A program made the position numbers and the translations under genes. A stretch of 64,000 nucleotides of DNA, from positions 334-64,333 of the forward strand of contig CAYSHH010000005.1 of NCBI GenBank assembly GCA_964430945.1, read 5' to 3'. How positions within the stretch are numbered: position 1 is the first letter of the stretch; every line of letters begins with the position of its first letter. The notes under the pieces are model-generated. The model was given only the letters and a program-made list of their open reading frames with translations. It was not told where the DNA came from and searched no databases. Of the stretch, positions 58,143 through 64,000 are shown in pieces. This DNA comes from an uncultured Candidatus Saccharibacteria bacterium. Its GTDB lineage: Bacteria > Patescibacteriota > UBA1384 > JAMDBS01 > CAYSHH01.

Positions 58143-58669
58143 TGCATGATATAAATACAAAAAATCCAAAACTTGAACAAGAATATGAAAAAGCAGTTCA
58201 GTTTCTAGTTGAGCATTTCAATAAAACTGGCAATAATCCCAAACCAGTTATTTGGCATAGTATAAAAGTTGGGGTTTCTTTATATCAAAATAATTATTCA
58301 AAGGATATTATCATCGCTGGAATTTTGCACGACTTACTAGAAGATACAAAAGTAGAAGAATCTACAATAGAAAAAGAGTTCGGTACAAAAGTTTTAGAAT
58401 TAGTAAAAGTAAATACTTTTGACAATACTAATCCTAATAAGCTTCAACGATGTATTGATATGTATGATAAATGCAAAGAATATGGTAAAGATGCACTTAT
58501 TATAAAAGCTACTGATATATTAGATAACTCGGGTTTCTTTATCTATGCAGACAGTGAAGCAAAAGAATATTTAATTAAAAAATGGAATTATTTTTTAAAA
58601 ATTTCTAGAAAAGAAATTGGTCAAGAAAAAGTTTGGAATAAATTAAAAGATAGGTTAGGAAAACTATGA
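58142..58669 (+). CDS. HD-domain protein, RelA/SpoT hydrolase (Mesh1/SAH-like)
   Basis: H..KV, IAGILHDLLEDT, EFG..V..LV, IKATDILDN. Confidence 0.82.
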   Translation: MHDINTKNPKLEQEYEKAVQFLVEHFNKTGNNPKPVIWHSIKVGVSLYQNNYSKDIIIAGILHDLLEDTKVEESTIEKEFGTKVLELVKVNTFDNTNPNKLQRCIDMYDKCKEYGKDALIIKATDILDNSGFFIYADSEAKEYLIKKWNYFLKISRKEIGQEKVWNKLKDRLGKL

Positions 58670-59655
58670 GTTTATCTATTGGCATAGTAGGATTACCAAA
58701 TGTAGGAAAAAGCACATTGTTTAATGCGCTAGTAAAACAAAGGCAGGCAGCTGCCTCTAATTTTGCATTTTGCACAATTGATCCAAATGTAGGAATTGTT
58801 AATGTTCCAGATGAACGCTTGCAAAAATTAGCAGAAATTGCAAAACCAGAAAAAATTATACCTGCAACAGTAGAATTTATTGATATTGCAGGAATAGTAA
58901 AAGAAGCCCACAAAGGAGAAGGTCTTGGTAATAAGTTTTTATCCCATATTCGAAATACGAACGCTATATGTATGGTTTTAAGGTGTTTCCAGGATGATAA
59001 TATCATGCACGTAGAGGGAAAAATAAATCCAAAAGATGATTTTGAAACAATTATGACTGAGCTAGAACTAGCCGATTTGGGGACTAAAGAAAAAATTAAC
59101 AAAAAAGTTAAAAAAGGACAAATCGACGAGTCAACTATACAGTATCTATCTAAAAAACCATTTATTTTTGCTGCGAATGTATCCGAGGATGAAGCCGGTA
59201 TAAGTGCAGAAGAATGTATCGCAAAATATAATTTAAATTTTATTGATGACCCTAAAAAATTGATCGTAATTTCGGCAAAGGTAGAACAAGATCTTATAGA
59301 TCTTAACGAATCTGAGCAAGAGGAATATCTCGGGAGCCTCGGTCTAAAAAAATCTGGACTGGATCGTTTGATCAGAGTTGCTTATCATACACTTGGTCTT
59401 GAAAGTTATTTTACTGCAGGCCCCAAAGAAGTAAGAGCATGGACTATAAATACTAATTCTACAGCCCCACAAGCTGCAGGAAAGATACATACTGACTTTG
59501 AGCGTGGTTTTATTAGTGCCGATGTGATTGGCTATACTGATTTTATTAAATACAATGGAGAACAGGGTGCTCGTGAGGTAGGAAAACTCAGGCAGGAGGG
59601 TAAGAATTATATCGTCAAGGATGGCGATGTTATAGAATTTAAATTTAACGTTTAG
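58666..59655 (+). CDS. ychF: redox-regulated ATPase YchF
   Basis: GIVGLPNVGKSTLFN, FCTIDPN, DIAG, GEGLGNKFL, TGS domain AAGKIHTDFERGFI. Confidence 0.96.
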   Translation: MSLSIGIVGLPNVGKSTLFNALVKQRQAAASNFAFCTIDPNVGIVNVPDERLQKLAEIAKPEKIIPATVEFIDIAGIVKEAHKGEGLGNKFLSHIRNTNAICMVLRCFQDDNIMHVEGKINPKDDFETIMTELELADLGTKEKINKKVKKGQIDESTIQYLSKKPFIFAANVSEDEAGISAEECIAKYNLNFIDDPKKLIVISAKVEQDLIDLNESEQEEYLGSLGLKKSGLDRLIRVAYHTLGLESYFTAGPKEVRAWTINTNSTAPQAAGKIHTDFERGFISADVIGYTDFIKYNGEQGAREVGKLRQEGKNYIVKDGDVIEFKFNV

Positions 59656-59667
59656 AAAATATTATCA

Positions 59668-59696
59668 TTGACATAGAAAATTAAATTAGATATAAT
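59668..59696 (+). promoter_or_regulatory. consensus sigma70 promoter of rpsF-ssb-rpsR
   Basis: TTGACA-17nt-TATAAT. Confidence 0.85.
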
Positions 59697-59802
59697 GTGG
59701 CTAATATTATTTCTTTTTTCCCTCTTAATAGCAGAGGGACTTATGTCCAAGAAAAGAAATTTTTTAGTTAAAAAATAATATTAATGAAAGGAATGCAACA
59801 AG

Positions 59803-60396
59803 ATGCAGTATGAAATTACTTTCATCACAAAAGATGAAAAGGACACAAAAATCGTAAAAGACTTATTAAAATCTGAAAAAGTAAAAATTGTTCATGAAGA
59901 TGAGATGGGTAGAAAAAACTTTGCCTATCCTATAAAAAAGGAAAGTGCTGGCTTTTATTGGACATATTATGTCGAGGCAGAACCCAATGTTATATCAAAG
60001 ATCTCAAATGAACTAAATACTTATAAAGAAATACTTAGATTTTTGATATTGAGTTTCAAGCTAGATATTACGAAGATAAAGAAAATGGGCTCTAAACGTA
60101 GTTCGAGAAATCTAAAAGATGTAATTGAGAAACAAACTCCCAAGGAAGTTGTTTTAGAAAAAGCAGTTGAGAAAAAAGAAAAAACCACTCCTAAAAAATC
60201 AGAAACTGGAAAAAAGACTGTTAAAACAAAAAAAGAAGCAAAAACTATCAAGCGTTCAGTAAAAACGCTAAAAACAGTAAAAAAAGATACTGCGAAACCA
60301 GAAGAAAAAGATAAAAAAACAGAAGAAAAGTCATCTGACGACCAGGAAAGAATCAAAAAACTTGAAGAAAAATTAGATGAACTTTTGAAAGATTAA
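59803..60396 (+). CDS. rpsF: 30S ribosomal protein S6 with long Lys/Glu-rich extension
   Basis: YEITFI..GRKNFAYPIKK..ILRFL. Confidence 0.92.
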   Translation: MQYEITFITKDEKDTKIVKDLLKSEKVKIVHEDEMGRKNFAYPIKKESAGFYWTYYVEAEPNVISKISNELNTYKEILRFLILSFKLDITKIKKMGSKRSSRNLKDVIEKQTPKEVVLEKAVEKKEKTTPKKSETGKKTVKTKKEAKTIKRSVKTLKTVKKDTAKPEEKDKKTEEKSSDDQERIKKLEEKLDELLKD

Positions 60397-60500
60397 TTTT
60401 AAAAAACAATTAAGTGATACAAAACATATTAAAAATTAAGTAACAATTTCATAGAGACAATTTTAATCCGTAAAACCGAAAACGTCTCTAAAGGAGAATT

Positions 60501-60977
60501 ATGACTGATTTCAATCAAGCTGTAATATTAGGTAATCTCACAAAAGACCCGGAATTTCGCCAAACTCCAAACGGCCAGGCTGTAGCATCTTTTTCCGTAG
60601 CAACCAACCGAAGATGGACCACGCAAGATGGAAACCAACAGGAAAATACACAATTTCATAATGTGGTTGCTTGGGGAAAATTAGCAGAAATCTGCAATAA
60701 AATACTTTATAAGGGCAGAAAAACGTTAGTTGTCGGTCGTATACAAACAAGAAGCTGGGAAGGACAAGACGGGGTCAAACGATATACCACTGAGATTGTA
60801 GCCGATCATATATCTGCCACAGGAGTGTCAAAACCGGGCAGTGGAAATGGTTTCGAGAAATCTACATATAGCGAGAAGAAAATAGACACACCAAAAGACA
60901 ATTCAAAAGACACCGCAAAAACAGAGAAAGAAAATAAAAAAGATGATGAAATAGATCTAGATGATATTCCATTTTAA
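60501..60977 (+). CDS. ssb: single-stranded DNA-binding protein
   Basis: GNLTKDPE, VAWGKLAE, C-terminal DDIPF. Confidence 0.97.
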   Translation: MTDFNQAVILGNLTKDPEFRQTPNGQAVASFSVATNRRWTTQDGNQQENTQFHNVVAWGKLAEICNKILYKGRKTLVVGRIQTRSWEGQDGVKRYTTEIVADHISATGVSKPGSGNGFEKSTYSEKKIDTPKDNSKDTAKTEKENKKDDEIDLDDIPF

Positions 60978-61005
60978 ATAGAATAGAAAGGTAAAACTAA
61001 AAAAT

Positions 61006-61221
61006 ATGAACCCACTACTTAGAAGAAGATGTAAATTTTGTAAAAACAACACAATTTATATTGATTATAAAAACACAGACCAATTAAAAAAATATATGAC
61101 CAACTGGAGTAGGATTAAACCAGCTCAGGTTACTGGCGTATGTTCAAGACATCAAAGAGACCTCACAAAAGCAATTAAACGAGCTCGTTATCTTGCACTA
61201 CTACCATATGTATCAAGATAA
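61006..61221 (+). CDS. rpsR: 30S ribosomal protein S18
   Basis: CKFC..IDYK..TGVCSRHQR..AIKRARYLALLPY. Confidence 0.96.
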   Translation: MNPLLRRRCKFCKNNTIYIDYKNTDQLKKYMTNWSRIKPAQVTGVCSRHQRDLTKAIKRARYLALLPYVSR

Positions 61222-61310
61222 TAGCCAGCTTAGGTGTGTCGAAAAGTAAAAGACTCAATGATGATATTTTTTAATAAAATATAAAACTAATAATTGTAAA
61301 TTGAGAAAAT

Positions 61311-61871
61311 ATGTTATCACTTAACGAAATAAAAACCGGGACATTGATTAAATATAACAACAATCCTTTTCAGGTTCATTGGGTAGAGCATACTAAACTT
61401 GGAAGAGGTGGGGCGATACTTCGAACCAAGATCAAAAATCTTACTAATGGTGCCATAATTGAAAAAACTTTTAAAGGTAACGAAAAATTAGAAGAAGCCG
61501 ATCTTGAAAGAAAGAAGCATCAGTTTTTATATACTGAGGACGAAAAATATTATTTCATGAATCCTGAAAATTTTGAGCAAATCACTCTTGAAAAATCAAA
61601 CATCGGTGATAAATATAAATACCTAAAAGAAGGAACAGAAACTGAAATACTTTTTTATGAAAATATGCCAATCGCAATCAATTTACCGATTAAGATGAAT
61701 TTTAAAATCACTTATACCGAACCAGGTCTAAAAGGTGATACAAAAAGTTCGACCGCGTTAAAACCTGCAAAAATTGATACAGGGGCAGAGGTCAGGGTAC
61801 CTCTTTTTATAAAAAATGATGATATTATAATCATAGACACTCGAACTGGAAAATACGTTGAACGCGCTTAA
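61311..61871 (+). CDS. efp: elongation factor P
   Basis: LGRGGA loop, EPGLKGDT, VPLFI..DTRTGKYVERA. Confidence 0.95.
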   Translation: MLSLNEIKTGTLIKYNNNPFQVHWVEHTKLGRGGAILRTKIKNLTNGAIIEKTFKGNEKLEEADLERKKHQFLYTEDEKYYFMNPENFEQITLEKSNIGDKYKYLKEGTETEILFYENMPIAINLPIKMNFKITYTEPGLKGDTKSSTALKPAKIDTGAEVRVPLFIKNDDIIIIDTRTGKYVERA

Positions 61872-61922
61872 ACATCCTTTTTCGTTCTCAATGTGATAAA
61901 ATTAAGATCGAAAGGATTTGGA

Positions 61923-62438
61923 ATGCTTATTGAAGCCAAAAATTTTTTAGATCTACCAGTCGCAACTATTGAAGAAAAAGAAAAAATAGGACTAGTAAAA
62001 AAAATATTAATTGATAAAAAAAATGCTAAAATTCTAGGATTTATAATAAATACTGGGGGTTTTTTGTTTGGTAATGACTTATTTCTGTCAGAGACTGATC
62101 TGCTTGATATTGATACACATGGACTAACAACAAGAAATAAAGATAATTTGGTAGATCCTTCGGAAATTGTTAGAGTCAAAAAGATGCTTGATGAGCAATT
62201 TAGCTTATTTAGACTTACCGCAATGACAAGATCGAAAAGGAAACTAGGAAAAATATCAAACTTTGTGATAGACACGACTATGCTGCAGGTGGTTAAATTC
62301 TATGTTACTGGATGGATAGATAATAAGATTATAGATTACAGACATGTTTATAAAATCACAAATAAAGAAATAATTTTTGATGATTTATCAGAAAAACAAA
62401 CACCAGAAGAAAAAATAAAAAAATTGGCGACAGATTAG
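61923..62438 (+). CDS. PRC-barrel domain protein
   Basis: Two KIGxV/KLGKI..xxID repeats. Confidence 0.7.
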   Translation: MLIEAKNFLDLPVATIEEKEKIGLVKKILIDKKNAKILGFIINTGGFLFGNDLFLSETDLLDIDTHGLTTRNKDNLVDPSEIVRVKKMLDEQFSLFRLTAMTRSKRKLGKISNFVIDTTMLQVVKFYVTGWIDNKIIDYRHVYKITNKEIIFDDLSEKQTPEEKIKKLATD

Positions 62439-62521
62439 GAAAATAAAAATATTTTTCACTCGTAAATTGTGCATACGGATTTGCATTGACTAATCCCAAA
62501 AACTAAGCGACAATAAATACG

Positions 62522-63187
62522 ATGAACATAATTGAACTGCAAAACATAAGTAAATCTTACGGTAAGGATAACGCAAAAATATCAGCCGTAAAAAATGTAT
62601 CTTTGGAGATAAAAAGAGAAGAGTTTGTGGCGATCATGGGACCAAGCGGTTCGGGAAAAACTACATTATTAAATATTGTTGGACTTTTAGATAAGCCGGA
62701 ATCGGGAAAATATTTGCTTGACAGTAGAGAGATAAACAATGAGACTTCTCAAACTACTCTGGCGCAGCTTCGACGTGATAAAATTGGTTTCGTATTTCAA
62801 ACGTTCAATCTCCTACCAAGAACCTCAGCACTTGATAACGTAGTCATGCCCGCAATTTATTCTGGATTAAGAGATAGAGTTGCTATCGCTAAAAAACTTT
62901 TGAAACAAGTAGGATTAGAAAAAAGAATGAATCATGAACCAAATCAAATGTCAGGTGGTGAAAAACAACGTGTTGCGATCGCTCGAGCACTTATCAATAA
63001 TCCTCAGATCATTTTGGCAGATGAACCGACTGGAAACTTAGATACTAAATCAGGAGCTGATATTATGAAAATTTTTCATGATTTAAATAAAAACAAGGGC
63101 ATTACAATAGTGATGATCACCCATGAGGAGGAAATTGCACATCATGCCCAAAGAACCGTTAAAATGAGAGATGGAAAAATAATATAG
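62522..63187 (+). CDS. MacB/LolD-type ABC ATP-binding protein
   Basis: GPSGSGKTT, MSGGEKQRV, LADEPTGNLD. Confidence 0.93.
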   Translation: MNIIELQNISKSYGKDNAKISAVKNVSLEIKREEFVAIMGPSGSGKTTLLNIVGLLDKPESGKYLLDSREINNETSQTTLAQLRRDKIGFVFQTFNLLPRTSALDNVVMPAIYSGLRDRVAIAKKLLKQVGLEKRMNHEPNQMSGGEKQRVAIARALINNPQIILADEPTGNLDTKSGADIMKIFHDLNKNKGITIVMITHEEEIAHHAQRTVKMRDGKII

Positions 63188-63208
63188 AATTAAAATAATT
63201 AGAAAATT

Positions 63209-64000
63209 ATGATTTTATGGGAAAGTATTAAACTAGCATTTAAAGCAATCTGGACACATAAAGTGAGGTCATTTCTTACTATGCTTGGAATTTTGATCGG
63301 TATTTCTTCTGTAGTTCTTTTAGTTTCTCTCGGTGAAGGTGTCAAAGAAGATATTAAGGGGCTTGTAGGTGATTTAGGATCTAATTTTATATTTGTAATC
63401 GGCGGTGATATAGAAGGTATGACGAGTGGAACTGGAGTAAACCAAGGAAACATCAAAACAGCTGCGGGAAATCCTGCGAATCTAATCAATGATAATATTT
63501 TCACTCAAGAAGATTTAGATAACATCAAATCAACCGATGGCGTAGAATATGTTTCTCCCATGGGACTAGTCTCGGGACTACTACAATATGATGATAAGCT
63601 AGCTTCCCCTATGACAATGTCCGTAACTCCCGAAATGCAATATATCTGGAGTGGACTAGAGATCGGCGAGGGTAGATTTTTAGATCAGAATGATATGAAC
63701 GAAAAAAAGCAAGTAATCGTAATTGGAGATACTCCAAAACAAAATTTATTTGGAGATGAAGATGCTATTGGCAAGGTTGTAAAAATTGCTGGCAAGGATC
63801 AAGAATATGAATTTGAAGTTGTGGGTGTATTTAAAAAACCTTCAATTACGTCTGTTTTTTCGGGTGATATGAACACTCTAGCCGTAATTCCATATAACGT
63901 TGGAAAAGATTTATTTAATAAGGGTGAAGAAAATATTATGAGAATTGCAATTAGAGCAAAAGACGGAACGAATATTAAAGAGGTTAGCGAAAATATTCAA
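63209..64000 (+). CDS. MacB-type ABC permease (partial, runs off window)
   Basis: Manual: MILWESIKLAFKAIWTHKVRSFLTMLGILIGISSVVLLVSLGEG. Confidence 0.88.
   Translation, partial: MILWESIKLAFKAIWTHKVRSFLTMLGILIGISSVVLLVSLGEGVKEDIKGLVGDLGSNFIFVIGGDIEGMTSGTGVNQGNIKTAAGNPANLINDNIFTQEDLDNIKSTDGVEYVSPMGLVSGLLQYDDKLASPMTMSVTPEMQYIWSGLEIGEGRFLDQNDMNEKKQVIVIGDTPKQNLFGDEDAIGKVVKIAGKDQEYEFEVVGVFKKPSITSVFSGDMNTLAVIPYNVGKDLFNKGEENIMRIAIRAKDGTNIKEVSENIQ

Noticed and set aside
1-64000. Alternative genetic code (UGA=Gly, code 25)
   Set aside because: Long genes are uninterrupted under code 11, and TGA ends genes at coupled junctions (15420, 52926, 58669)
1-64000. CRISPR array, rRNA, IS/transposase, reverse transcriptase or DGR
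   Set aside because: No regularly spaced repeats, cas, RT or transposase motifs seen; differences between the 140-nt copies are not adenine-specific

Overview
AT-rich bacterial chromosomal segment in standard code 11 (TGA is used as a stop). Gene content and trimmed or extended core proteins point to a Patescibacteria/CPR genome (inference). Core genes present: typA, ndk, trxB, dnaE, rpmA, rplS, gltX, murJ, lepA, ychF, rpsF-ssb-rpsR, efp, a Xer recombinase and tRNA-Lys(UUU). They are interspersed with accessory modules and orphan genes. Most notable: (1) a two-sortase locus (39.7-47.5 kb) bracketing three surface proteins that share a non-canonical LVSTG-ASLWFNIL sorting signal; (2) two 140-nt homologous elements upstream of ychF, each a ychF-like 5' mini-ORF followed in the -1 frame by a conserved 32-aa basic peptide that lacks a shared AUG; (3) an ECF sigma regulon readable from sequence (TG[T/A]ACT-N16-TGTA[T/A]T, four copies); (4) a gadC-small membrane ORF-gadB operon; (5) a divergent PlsX and a TetR-controlled radical SAM enzyme suggesting lipid handling; (6) a VTC-like plus CYTH-like tandem protein. 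No CRISPR array, rRNA or transposase was seen. All calls come from motif recognition by eye, without database searches.
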